Source of the DNA: Chrysomallon squamiferum
Lineage: Eukaryota > Animalia > Mollusca
Assembly (NCBI GenBank): GCA_012295275.1
Contig: CM022675.1
Span: 4,278,001-4,342,000 of the forward strand
DNA length: 64,000 nt
Direction of reading: 5' to 3'
Both the position numbers and the translations under genes were made by a program. Under the pieces are notes generated by a model. It had not been told where the DNA came from. It made no database searches and saw nothing but the letters and a program-made list of their open reading frames with translations. Shown one piece after another: positions 28,801 through 40,562 of this stretch. The first letter of the stretch is position 1. Every line of letters begins with the position of its first letter.

Positions 28801-31800
28801 TTCCAGTCTTTACTTATAAATATTCTTCCTTTTACCAAACATTTAAATCAATAATTTTAATACTCTGTGAATAATGTCTGTTTTGTTATCATCATCATCA
28901 TCTGGTTTTTTTGCATGATCACTTTTTTCACTGAGTGAAATTAATGCTTAAGTGTTTTGCTTCTAGAAAAGTTTAAACACTAACTTAAGAAGATGATAGG
29001 CATGTCCTTCTGTTAATATATATATTTTTTATTTTGTACTTTCTCAAAAATAAACTGAAGTTTTGTTTTTTGGTTACAGATTGAAAGTAAAAAGTTAGAG
29101 TGGAAGACGGAATCAAAAGTTGGATCCCTAGAAAATGCTAAACATGTTCCTGGAGGAGGCACAAAAAAGGTATATTTTATCTGAAAATATGCAAACATGA
29201 TCTAGAATGAAGAATAAATAGTTTTAAGTTTTTTTTGATTTATTAATATGAATATTTATATACTGAACAGTGAGAACATTTTATATATATATATATATCT
29301 AAGTTGTTTTTATGATAATGTTATTATTATTATCATAATTGTTGTTGTTATTATTAACATTATTATCACTGTTGTTATTATTGTTACTGCTATATTTATT
29401 TATTTATTTATTTATTTATTTCAGATTGAGAGCAAGAAACTGGAATGGAAAACTGAACCCAAAGTTGGTTCCCTGGACAAAGTACACCACACACCTGGGG
29501 GAGGCAATAAAAAGGTAAGAAAAACTGCCCCACCCCACTGTCCTGTAATTAAATAATCTACATTGTATAATTTAAAAAAACAACAAAAAAACATTTATTT
29601 ACTTAAATATACATTTGTAACTGTCTGTGTGTACATGTGTGATGATTATTTTTTACATATTTAACATTATATTTAAATTACAGTTTTTATTTTTTTTAAA
29701 AAGAAGATAATTTATGGGGTTGGGGAATTTACTAAATGTTGGTAACCTGAACTTGCGTGTTTTAAATGTAGAAGAAAATGTCATTATTTACTTACCAACT
29801 ACTGGTCTCTAGTGTGTGCTTGTCTGTGTGTATCTGTGTATGTCTGTGTGTGTGTGTGTATGTGAGTTTGTGTTTAGCCGTGTGTTTGTTTTATGAAAAT
29901 GAGAAATCCAGTGAAAGCAGAAAAAGGAGTTAAAAAGTATTTATCTCTTAATCAGTTATTAAACAAAAACAAACATAAAGAAAATGTTCTACAGAGACTA
30001 ATAAATAGGTTGAGATTATTTAAAAACATTTCTTTCTCATTCAGAGTTCACATCTTTCAGTTTAATCATTTCTCTGTTTACATCATACTTTCTGTAAAAA
30101 AACAGCCTGCTTATACTGAATGCTTCTACTTTATTGTTTAGTTGTCATACCAACCTTTACTACTAATAAAGTAATGCAATAAGTATTTTTAAAATGTTGT
30201 AGCCATTATGAATATAAAATGATTTTCCTTTCCTCTTGTTAAAAGAAAAGAAAAGAATACAAAATATATATATATGTATGTATGTATGTATGCATATTTT
30301 TATTTTATTTTATCTGTATGCATGTGGTATGCCTCTACATTATTATTTGGAAACTGAATATGCAACAATGTGGCTAATAAGGGGAAAACCAAAAATAATA
30401 ATAAAAATAATAATTACAATGGTTCATGTAACAAATTAAACTAGATTTATTTTTCTGATTCTTTGTTATTCTACAACTGTCAATTTAAATAAATAAATAA
30501 ATTCAAAGACCAGAGTTTAGAATTAAACTAATCTTAATTTTCATTTTACTAAAAAAATAAAAAAAGTAAATAAATAAATAAATGGCCAATGCTTATAATT
30601 ATATATTTTTGTCTTTTAATAAAATTATAAAATAAAAATAAGTAAATAAATAAATACAATGGTCAATGTTTAGAATTACACAGTAAATTTAATTTTCAAT
30701 GGAATTTCTTTTTTTTTTGGTATCTGTTAATAAAATTTAAAATAAATAAATAAATTAATAAATAAATACAGTGGTCCTGTGGTTTGAAATACAAAGTAGA
30801 TTTAATTTTCAATTTAATTTTTTGTTTTTCTGTAAAGATTGAAAAGCATAAAGTTGAATGGAAGGTGGATAGTAAGGTGGGGTCATTAGACAATGTCCAC
30901 CATGAGCCCCAGGGGGGGAACAGAAAGGTAATCAGGTGTTGTGATTTTTTGAATTGTGATATTGTGATTTTGGAGAGATATTTTTATAGTGTGATAGTGA
31001 CAAGATTAATGTGTTGTTAGTGATGTGATCATTACATTTTAATTTGTTATTTTAGTGATTTTGTGACAAGTTGGATATTTTAAAATGTGAGAAATTTTTG
31101 AAATGGAATATTGTAATAATAGCAACAATTCATGTTTGGGTTTTTTCAGTATTTTTAAATATGATTTTGTTAAACTTCTTTCAAATTTGATGTTGTATTA
31201 ATAGTGACGTGATTTATTTTTCAAATGTGACATGTAGTGACACCTGGAATATTTCAAATGTTTACATGTTTTTAAAGTAGTAACAAGTAGATTGTTTTTG
31301 ATATGGTGGTTGTTTTAGTTTGTTTGTTAAGTGAAGTTTTGATAACAGTGACAAGAGAGATTTTTATTTGAACTGTGATTATATGTTAGTGCTAAGGTAT
31401 GAAGATTTGAAATATTTTTAAAAGTTATTGTGTCTGTGTGATTTTGGAATTTCTTATGCTTTGAGAAGTTTTAAACTGTGATATTGTAGAAGTAAAATAT
31501 TTTTTAAAATAAAGCATTTTTATTTTTTTGTATTAATGTATATTTTTAATAAACAACAAAACAAAACTTTTCTTCGTAATATTTTCCAAAGTTTTGTCAG
31601 TTGTTTTCATTTATCCTATGAGTTAAATTTTTCTTCTTCTTCTTCTTCTTCTTCTTATTATTATTATTATTATTTAATTCTTCTTTATTAAATTTGGATT
31701 AAAATTAGTATTTGAAATTGTGTTAATATTTTAAAATATCAGAATAACAATATGATTAAATTTTTTTAAGAATAAGTACAATAACAGTAAAATTAATGAT

Positions 31801-32955
31801 ACAAGGAGATAACCAATTAAATACAAAATTATTGTCGGTTTATTTTATTAAACATCATTTCACAACTTAAAACAAATATCTAAGCATGAACTGTACACTT
31901 CTATAATATTAATAATAATAATAAATAAATAATATTAATAAAATAACAACAGTAATAACTAAAAATAATAATGCTAAAATTATCAATATCAAATGAAAAG
32001 AAAGAGTAAATGAAGACTGAATTTACAAATATTTAATTTTTTTTTAAAATCAAGTATTGTTACAGTACCTATAAGAATTTTTTTTTTCTCTGTTTGAATT
32101 CTCATGGTGACAAAGTGTGTTATAAAAAAGTGGTTTAAACTAATCCTTGTGTTTTTAAAAACATCATTAAACATTTCAGTATCTTGATACATTTATATAA
32201 ACAGACACTTATTACATTTTTTAGTCTTTAATTTTTAATTTTTGTTATTGTTATTATTATGCTTATGATTATACTTAATATTATTATTATTAATTTTTTA
32301 ATTTGTATTTGTGTTTATGTTATTATTATCATTGTTATTATTACTTTTTTATTATTATTATTATTGTTTTTATTATCATTATTATTATTATCATCATTAT
32401 TACTAATATTGTTATTGTCATTATTATTATTATTATCATCATCATCATCATCATCATCATTATTATTTACTATTAATATTATTATTGTTATTTATTTCAT
32501 TATTATCATTATTATTACCACAACCACACACAAACAAAAAATGTATATTTACTCTCCTCAAACAAAAATCAGGATTCCTTTCAGCCAACTTATTCTCCCT
32601 TACCCAACTGTACTCGACACCTTTTATGATAATTAAATATAACTGATCTTTATTTATGGAAGAAAAAGAAATCTATTCATAATCAATAACGCTTCACATG
32701 TTCAGGGTACTTGAAAGAAGTAATAAATATGTGCACTGTGACTTCAGCATTCCAGCTGTAAAAAGTCTCAGATCTCAAGCAATGGGTTTAGTGTTTGAGA
32801 GAAAAAGAACAACAAACAGGGCTGGTATTTGTGGTGTTTTCACATTAAAAGTATTTACCTAGGAAATTCTTATTAGTAGAACTAGCAGGCAAATAGAAAT
32901 CAGTTTTGTTATTTCACAAATTGGTTCCTTTATATAACTTATTAAATATAGAGGA

Positions 32956-32993
<38 letters not shown>

Positions 32994-33099
32994 ATTTTAT
33001 AGTGTTTATGCCTGCATATGTATGTGTTCATATTTTGTATGTATTTATGTATAAATGTGTATTTATGTACCATTACTATATATTTACTATATATGTTTG

Positions 33100-33138
<39 letters not shown>

Positions 33139-36039
33139 CATGTATTATGTTTATACATACTTACACATATATATATATACATACAAACATGCATATATAC
33201 ATATTTACATAAGTACACTCACACACATAAATACACACACACACACACACACACACATTCACACACAGATATGGATATAGACATAAACATTTACTTAAAT
33301 AAACACCCACTTAAATGTACAGGTAAATGTATTCAGTTCGTACATTAGTTCTCATGTTGTCAAGGTGTGTTTTAACACCTGAGACAGAGTCGTCAGCCGC
33401 TACAGGTGAAATGAATGAAGTTCTACACCTTTATCTCTACTTTGATTGCCGTGAATAAAGGAAAGGAAAAATTGATTGCCTGGAACAAGGATTTGAGTAG
33501 TGAACTGATAAACCGCTGTTGTGCTTTGTCCATGTAACAGGATAATCCAGACACAAAGTGAATATAAAGTTTAACAGTCTCTTGAGAAATGGAAAATGTC
33601 AGTGACAGAAGAAATTAGTTTCGGTGATTTGAATTTGAAAATGAGTTGAATGGTGACTGAGTTATTTTTATTTATTTTTTTTTTTTTTTGAACAATGGAA
33701 AGATGATGAATTTGCAGATTTTCTAAATGAGGAGGAATGTGATGATTTTTTCTGAACAAGGGACTGTGTTGTTTCCTAATTAACAGAATTTACAACTTTT
33801 AAAAAAGAACAACAGTTTACAGTTTCTAAATGAGAAAGATGATTTTTCAGAAGAAGAAGAAATGCACTGACTTTGTAAACAGGAAAGAAATATTCAGAGT
33901 TTTTAAGTAGCAGGTAAAGTGCTGTCTTTGTTTTCTGGAGTATTTACTTATTTTCTCAATGGCAGCGAAAGTTCACTTTCTAAATAACACACAAACTTCT
34001 CGGTTTTCATTTAAAAATCATCTCACTTTGCGACTGATTATTATTTCAAAATAGCGGATACACTTACTCTCAATCTCCACTGAAGAATAATCTGAAGACA
34101 TGAGACATCAGTGATAAGATTTATTGATTTTCAGGTGTTTCTGTTTTTGTCTCCATGACAACGATCTTGTTAGTTTGACAATTTTCAGTATTTGTACATC
34201 TACACATGTAGATAGAAGCAGGATGTGTATTCTGAGGATACCATGTTTTTTCATTCACATGTGATAGTGCTGGTGTTTCTAATTCTGAGGAAGAAACTAG
34301 TTTTATTAGAATTATTTTTATTTGGTGCAAAGTTTTAGATGTGATAACAATCATAGTAATGTTGTGTTTGGAGAGATGAAGTTTTAAAGGTTACGTTATT
34401 TCTAGAAATTAAATTTGGATTAAAACTAAGATTTTTATATATATATATAGAATTAACTTATTGTTACTGATGTCGTGATTTACAAAACTAATAACTAGCA
34501 GTTGGTTAAATATTTTCAAATCTAAGAAAGATTAAAGAAAGACAAGAAACATTTTTAAGAAAAGAAAGAAACAAAAAGGTTTTTGAAATCAAAGTCTGTA
34601 CTGTTTGCAGTTTAATAATGATAGTAACTGTTAAAATTTTCTTTAGATAAATTGTCTTTAAAAATCTTTTTTTAAACGGACTGATCAGTATTGAAGTAGA
34701 AAACCATTCTTTCTAAAAAAAAATATTAAAAGTAATAAATAAAGTATTTTTAAAACTGAACTTGTTTTAAGAAAAGAATATAAAATAAAAATCTCCATCC
34801 ATCAAAATGTCAGAAACTGAGCAAAATCGAAACTTAATTCCTTATGGGAGGACAACTCATCCTGGAGGTCAGCTGAAGTTCAGTCCCTTGGACAGATATG
34901 ATTATTCAAAGCACAGTCCAGACGGGAAACCTCTTCCGTTTGTTATTCCTTACGTCACAGTGAAAAAACGGAGTGACGGAAAATACATCGTCATCGAGAA
35001 ATATCCTCGCAAACTTCAGCCTGTTGCCCCGGTAACCCAGGAGCATTCTCCGTGGAACCTAATGAAGTTGAAAAACTCCTCGGAGGTGAAGTTCCGGTCA
35101 GTAAGACCTCAGTGGAAGTATTCTATGTGCGTCAGTTCGCTGACCAAGCGAGGCGGTCAGAGCAGGGAGTTGCCCAGCTGCACCCTGCCCTGGAACGCCC
35201 GTCCGAAGATCGGATCCCTGGACAACTACGACCACCAGCCGGGCGGAGGGCAGAAGAGAATATTCTCGGAGAAAGTCGCGTGGACAGCGAGCTCGAAGAT
35301 TGGTTCGTTTGACAACATCGACCACCCAGTGAAACACTGGCGAAGTCAGAGCGAACCACTGAAACAGGGCAACAACACCACGATGACGTTTCCCAAGCTG
35401 AAAAGTCGTTACGGTGCTGCGGCCAACATCGGCATGCTCGACAATGTTCATTACACACCAGGGGGCGCCACTGTGGTGAAACGGAAACAGAACTTCGAGC
35501 ACGTCAGGTCAAAGGTTGGATCTTTGGACGCCATTGACCACATTCCTCAGGGCGGAAACAAAAAGATTCCGACGTTCAAGTGTCGCTGGAACGCGAAGTC
35601 GAGAATCGGGTCGTTTGACAACATCAGCTACAGCCCCTCGGGTGGGGACGTGCTCTTCCTGCAGGAGAAACTCAGCTGGGACGGAAAATCAAAAATCGGT
35701 TCTTTGCAAAACATTTCCTACCAGCCGAGAGGGGGGCGAGTGAAAATCCCGCACTTCAAAACAAACTGGCGGGCGAGGCCCAAAGTGGACTCGCTGGAAA
35801 ACATCCACCACACTCCAAGGGGAGGTAACTATGTTATTCCGAGTAAGAGAGTGAAGTGGAATGTGAAATCAAAAGTGGATTCGTTGCCGAGTAAGAACAA
35901 ATCAAATTCTCTGTCGCCTGACAACTCTGATTACTACGTGATGCGCGACTGTAAGTTTTAGTAGCTTTGTCTTTACAATAGTCAGTAACAGAATGTCTAC
36001 TTTTGTAGTTTTACATACATAGATACACAGAGAAATACA

Positions 36040-36089
<50 letters not shown>

Positions 36090-36720
36090 TACACACATAC
36101 ATACATAAATACACAGAGAAATACACTCACACACACAGATACATACATACATACATAAATACACAGAGAAATACACTCACACACACAGATACACACATAC
36201 ATACATACATATATAAATACACAGAGAAATACTCACACACACACACATACATACATACATACATAAATACACAGAGAAATACACTCACACACACAGATAC
36301 ACACATACATACATATTTACATAAATACACAGAGAAATACACTCATACACACACACACACATACATACATACATACATACCTACATAAATACACAGGGAA
36401 ATACACACACACATACAGATACACATATACATACATAAATACACAGAGAAATACACACACACACACAGATACACACACACATACATACATACATACACAC
36501 ATACATACATACATACATAAATACACAGAGAAATGCACTCTCACACACACACACATACATACAAAGATCCACACACATATACATACACACATACATACAT
36601 ATTATATGGCAAGGTTTGTGAGGTCATGTTTAGACCTTGTTCTGCACCAGTTGGATCCTGAATATTGTCTGTGTGCAGAGTCTAATCAGACATATGAAAG
36701 ACAGAATATTCAAAATCCTA

Positions 36721-36812
<92 letters not shown>

Positions 36813-37569
36813 TCATATACAGATTTACATATGTATAATGTAATTTATTTATAAAGTTCACTTTGACTAGTTTCTACATAAATGAGTATGTGTATAATGT
36901 GGGTATAAGTTTTTCTATTTGTTTATGTTCATGTATAAATATGTGAACTGTTCTTTTTTCTCTGTGTGTGTGTCTTAGAAGAAAGAATGCAAAATGAAGA
37001 CAGAAATGATTTGTGTGTGTGTCTATGTATATGTGTGATTGTGTGTGTGTGTATGTATATGTGTGATTGTGTGTGAGTATGTGCATATGTTTTTGTGTGA
37101 TTAGCTCTGTTAGTGTGTGACAGTGTTGTGTGTGTGATTTTGTGACAAGAAATATTCTAAAAACATTTGTATCATACTATTCTTAGAGTTCAATCAATAC
37201 AAAATGTTTGTACGTGATTAATTTATGTAGAATTAATGTGTTTCTTACTTCTAAGTAAGGTTTGATGTGGTATTTATGTGAGGTTTTTTTTTTGTCAGTG
37301 AATATGTTTGTGTGTTTTTTGTGTGTGATTATGTTTATATGAGTATTTGTGTGTCATTAGAATAACCTGTGTTGTGATACTGTCAAAACCTGAAGGTAAT
37401 TGTATTTTCTGAAGGCTCAGTCTTTTTAGTTTTTGTAGTTACAGTCCATCAGGGTTGCTGAATTTTGAATCTTTGTTTTGTGTTTCTGATGACAGCAGAT
37501 TTTAATCCGTGAATAATATAAAGTATTTACTTATTTATTTACACTAGTTACAGTTATATAAAATGGGTT

Positions 37570-37611
<42 letters not shown>

Positions 37612-38576
37612 AATTACTTTCTTATTATCTAATCTTAATTCTTTAGTTCAAAAGTACTTTGAGGCAAAAGGTAAAAATATAAACATAAAAAATTGAAGAA
37701 ATTAGTAAATGTTTTTCTCTTCATAAATTAATAAGTAGACTGGAATTTAGAATATTAAAACAAAAAAAAATGGTTTCAGTTGTAATAAAAAGTAAACTGA
37801 TAGATGTAGTTTTAGAAATTGTGTAACAGACAAGCAGTGTGTAAGTTTTTACACTTTGTCATACAAAATGGTAAACACTCTCTTCTGTAGCTGTAATCTT
37901 TGCATGTACTTGGTACTTCTGGTGCAAAGGATGTTGGGATATTTAGTTAGTGGTCAGTTCAAAAGAGTGGACACAATGATATTATTTGTATTTCTTATTT
38001 GAGATTCTTCTATAAAGAAAGATTTAAAATATATATTTTCTAAATTTTTATATATTTGTGAAATTTAAAATATAATTTTAATTTTTATATTTGATTATTA
38101 TTTTTGATTTATTGAAAATTGATTCTCTATTCCATAATATTCATAAAATCTTTATAATTCTAAATATTTAAAAATTTTATTATTTCATATTTGTTACTGT
38201 GATATTGAGTATTTCAGTGTTGTCTACAATTAAATCACAAATTTTTAAATAAAACATATTTTAGATTTGGCCTATATGCTATAATATTGAGTAATATATA
38301 TACATATATATTTAAATTTAGTATAATATGAAGAAGCAATTTCTCAAAATTCTAAAAATTACATAATTGTTGCTAAATATACTGAGCACAATTCTCTTCA
38401 TATTTTAAAATATTTAATTGTAAATTTAAAATTTTTAAATGTTTCAGATTGAGTCTCAGAAACTTTCTTTCAAGGAAACTGCGAAGGCAAAAACAGACCA
38501 CGGAGTCAGCCCCTCTGGTCAGCACCCCCCCAGGTCCAGCACCAGCAGTACCAGCGAGATGAGCAATGAAGTGTGA
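2415..38576 (+). CDS. MAPT: MAP2/MAP4/tau-family microtubule-associated protein, ~772 aa; join(2415-2439,3784-5007,6234-6274,19066-19198,20192-20316,21045-21127[+1 frameshift],21795-21904,24520-24609,28295-28384,29080-29169,29425-29514,30838-30927,38448-38576)
   Basis: All exons are bounded by AG/GT and their phases chain if one base is removed at ~21085-21088. Eight SK[I/V]GS-x-[D/E/N]-[N/K]-xx-H-x-P[G/Q]GG repeats, a Pro/Ser/Thr-rich region, and a last exon [19 protein letters not shown] matching human tau [19 protein letters not shown]. The symbol denotes the family; orthology among MAPT/MAP2/MAP4 is not resolved. Confidence 0.9.
3784..5007 (+). CDS. Large N-terminal projection-domain exon (polyQ tracts, DK repeat, start of Pro-rich region)
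   Basis: ttacag|AAATGTCT acceptor and CAAG|gtaatg donor; 1224-nt open frame, phase 1-1, visibly GC-richer than its flanks. Confidence 0.85.
6234..6274 (+). CDS. Tau-like gene micro-exon [14 protein letters not shown]
   Basis: ttttcag acceptor and TCG|gtgagt donor; phase 1->0 links the 3784 and 19066 exons. Confidence 0.8.
13444..13750. mobile_element. Non-autonomous hAT (Charlie-like) MITE, 307 bp
   Basis: Imperfect TIRs caggcatgtcaaa / tttgacacccatg; 8-bp flanks tgttatag / ttttatag (7/8 match) fit a hAT TSD. Confidence 0.6.
14100..14965. repeat. Compound tandem repeat: ~75-bp core x4 plus a partial copy, separated by variable (TG)n-derived tracts
   Basis: gagagaaatctctgtga...gagcagtacaaagttttactaatcttttcttatgtgatgtgtaacactgacatagttgt recurs. 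Confidence 0.9.
16038..16344 (+). promoter_or_regulatory. Candidate internal promoter and alternative first exon (CCAAT 16038, TATAAT 16061, X-box 16070-16082, ATG AAT CAG|gtaata 16336-16344)
   Basis: Clustered motifs in non-repetitive sequence. The ATG has an upstream in-frame stop, and the phase-0 donor is compatible with exon 19066. Confidence 0.45.
16800..17366. repeat. 51-bp minisatellite, ~11 copies
   Basis: ttctgtctgacattagacaacatgttgatttcagatgctaactggtttcct; two copies are 4 bp shorter. Confidence 0.95.
17432..18087 (+). mobile_element. Tigger/pogo-like non-autonomous element, 3'-truncated
   Basis: ta|CAGTGGTACCTTGA end; decayed N-terminal HTH ([32 protein letters not shown]...); colinear with 61998-62771. 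Confidence 0.85.
19066..19198 (+). CDS. Tau-like exon with a degenerate repeat ([32 protein letters not shown]...)
   Basis: ttgcag acceptor, T|gtaagt donor, PGGG motif, phase 0->1. Confidence 0.9.
20192..20316 (+). CDS. Pro-rich region plus repeat 1 (...[12 protein letters not shown]...[17 protein letters not shown])
   Basis: Poly-T aaacag acceptor and GAT|gtaagt donor; resembles the 3' part of vertebrate tau exon 9. Confidence 0.95.
21045..21127 (+). CDS. Repeat exon [28 protein letters not shown] with apparent 1-nt insertion
   Basis: ctgcag acceptor and CAG|gtttgt donor; 83 nt. The repeat motif is split across two frames at GTAACCAAGCAAAGTG. Confidence 0.85.
21795..21904 (+). CDS. Repeat exon [36 protein letters not shown]
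   Basis: atcag acceptor, AAG|gtaata donor, phase 1->0. Confidence 0.95.
23975..24525. repeat. ~43-bp minisatellite, ~13 copies; the last copy supplies the splice acceptor of exon 24520
   Basis: cagattgagtgtttagtgagactcaatgtatcagatgtgttga repeated. Confidence 0.95.
24520..24609 (+). CDS. 90-nt repeat exon [30 protein letters not shown]
   Basis: gacag acceptor, AAG|gtatgg donor, phase 0-0. Confidence 0.95.
28295..28384 (+). CDS. 90-nt repeat exon [30 protein letters not shown]
   Basis: aacag acceptor, AAG|gtaaga donor. Confidence 0.95.
29080..29169 (+). CDS. 90-nt repeat exon [30 protein letters not shown]
   Basis: ttacag acceptor, AAG|gtatat donor. Confidence 0.95.
29425..29514 (+). CDS. 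90-nt repeat exon [30 protein letters not shown]
   Basis: tttcag acceptor, AAG|gtaaga donor. Confidence 0.95.
30838..30927 (+). CDS. 90-nt repeat exon [30 protein letters not shown]
   Basis: tgtaaag acceptor, AAG|gtaatc donor. Confidence 0.95.
34149..34162. promoter_or_regulatory. RFX X-box GTCTCCATGACAAC upstream of the nested gene
   Basis: Canonical 14-bp X-box ~650 bp 5' of ATG 34807; a second box GTTGCCCCGGTAAC lies at 35023-35036. Confidence 0.5.
34807..35961 (+). CDS. Intronless tau-repeat protein (384 aa, ~8 repeats) nested in the last intron of the main tau-like gene
   Basis: Intact ORF with CAAAATG start and an in-frame TAA at 34786. Repeats KIGSLDN, KIGSFDN, NIGMLDN, KVGSLDA, RIGSFDN, KIGSLQN, KVDSLEN, KVDSL with PxGG motifs. 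GC/CpG-rich relative to the intron. Confidence 0.9.
   Translation: MSETEQNRNLIPYGRTTHPGGQLKFSPLDRYDYSKHSPDGKPLPFVIPYVTVKKRSDGKYIVIEKYPRKLQPVAPVTQEHSPWNLMKLKNSSEVKFRSVRPQWKYSMCVSSLTKRGGQSRELPSCTLPWNARPKIGSLDNYDHQPGGGQKRIFSEKVAWTASSKIGSFDNIDHPVKHWRSQSEPLKQGNNTTMTFPKLKSRYGAAANIGMLDNVHYTPGGATVVKRKQNFEHVRSKVGSLDAIDHIPQGGNKKIPTFKCRWNAKSRIGSFDNISYSPSGGDVLFLQEKLSWDGKSKIGSLQNISYQPRGGRVKIPHFKTNWRARPKVDSLENIHHTPRGGNYVIPSKRVKWNVKSKVDSLPSKNKSNSLSPDNSDYYVMRDCKF
36010..36600. repeat. Compound (CA)n/(CATA)n repeat with an aaatacacagagaaatac core
   Basis: Core recurs about 8 times immediately after the nested ORF. Confidence 0.85.
38448..38576 (+). CDS. Terminal coding exon [42 protein letters not shown]
   Basis: gtttcag acceptor; conserved AKAKTDHG motif; TGA at 38574-38576. 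Confidence 0.95.
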   Translation: MESQKLSFKETAKAKTDHGVSPSGQHPPRSSTSSTSEMSNEV

Positions 38577-39968
38577 CAGGGGAGACAACTACAATATGAT
38601 GGGCAGACAACTAAACTTAACATGGCAGACATCTTTAATCTTCAACAGAATTATATTTAACTTTCAGAAAATTTTATCTGTTTTTGTTGTTGAATTGTCT
38701 TAGCTGTTTCACTAAAAAAAAAAAAAAAAAAAATTAAAATTCTTTTTCTTTTTTGTTGTGACAAAAGTGTCATATGGACAAAAATTTAAAAAAATTTTAT
38801 TTCATTATTTTATTTCTTAATCAAACTTTTTTCTTTTTGGAATTTAAGAATTTTACACAAAAATAAACTACATTCTACTGATTCCTTTTATGTGAATATT
38901 TTTGAGTAAAATTTATACATATATGTTAAATCATTAAATTTTCTCATCAGTTTTTATCTGTTTTATAGAAATAATATTTACTATCTTTTTATTAATATCA
39001 TTACTGTTTGTATGGCTTTGTGGCCATATATAAACATCAAATCAAGTACATTAACATTTTAAATTTAATTTTTTGAAAAACTATTTAAACAATAGTAATA
39101 AGAGCAATTATGTTTTTCATTTTTCTTTATAAAACAAATATTTTCAAAACTGATTTGATATTCTCTCTAAGAGTTTATAAAATTTTTAAATTTTACAAAA
39201 TATTTCACAATAATTATTGTAATAATGTTGCTCACATTTTTATGAATATTAGTAAAACTGTTCTGACATTATTTGCATAATGTAAATTTATGCTGTTGTG
39301 CCTCCAAAACTTGGAAATACCAAAAATTTAAAAATTCCTTCCTTTTTCAATATTTAAAAAAAATATATATTATTGTATGTTACGTTATATGTTTATTTTA
39401 CCTTTGTTAGGTTTGTTTTTATATTCGTCTTCTTTTCTGTCTTTCTAAAGAAAAAAGAAAAAAAATTAAAAAATATTAATAACACATTCACATAGTACTT
39501 CTATTTGTACTTCTTTAGAATTTTTGGTTTTATTTTATTTTTACTTAATTTTATTAAGTCACTCAATTGATACAGTCTACCTCTGAAAAACATCTATTCA
39601 TTTTTCTTTTAACTTTTTAATTTATTTACAATTAGAAGCATTTTTATTTAATTTATATTTCACGTTTTAAAATAGATAATAACTGGGTATAATATGAATA
39701 ATAAGAATTTGTTTTTACTGTAGGTAAACATATACAAGTGCTGAGCTTTAGAATGCAGAGTAAATTCAGTACAGGCCAAAGATAAAACTAGAAAACTAAA
39801 ATTTGGTGAATATGTTAACTAGAGATGTTTAGATGAAATACAGAGACAATTTTCTTTCATCTTAAAAACTATTTTTAAGTTATTAATTTTAAAATAAAAA
39901 ATTTGACGTAAAATTTTACTCTATTTTAATTTTTTCAACATAATTTGGAATTATTTAAATTCTAAAAC

Positions 39969-40562
39969 AAAATTTAACCAAAATTTGTAAACTGAGTGAT
40001 ATGGTAGCAGATGACGTCTTTGTTTTATCTGACAGAAAATGTAATGTAATTAGTGCATGTCCTCCATTTCAAACTTTGTTATATAAACATTTCTGTATAT
40101 ATTGCTTACTCATCACATATTAATGATATTAAACATGCTTTTGTAGTTCTATGTCCTAAGATTTCCTTTAATTAAAAGCTTTTTTAATGCTACTAAATAA
40201 CTGCTTTAATTGTAATTATCTAATTGTTATTTTCACTTTTGATCACTCTCATATTTAAACAGTTTGCCTTATACTGTAAATGAAAATACTTCTGTGTAAA
40301 ATGAGAGATCTGTTAAAACAGTTGTTTTATAAATCAATTAATTGTAATAAAATATTGTTCATTTTCACAACAGCTCAAGAATTATTAAACAAGAAATAAC
40401 TATTCAGCTAACACAGTGGATGTGTAAAATATTTATTTTTACTTTCTACTGTAAGACAAGTTCCCAGCTGTTGTTAATATAATAATAAATAACAGAGTAA
40501 TAATAATAACAATAACAGTAATGATAACAGTAACAACAACAAAGATAACAATAATAATAATA
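39969..40562 (+). repeat. ~590-bp repeat with (TAA/CAA)n tail, inverted copy of 1770-2347
   Basis: Reverse-complement alignment by eye along the full length, with scattered substitutions and small indels. Confidence 0.95.

Noticed and set aside
35052-35743. Overlapping and antisense ORFs within the nested tau gene
   Set aside because: Shadow ORFs of a GC-rich coding sequence.
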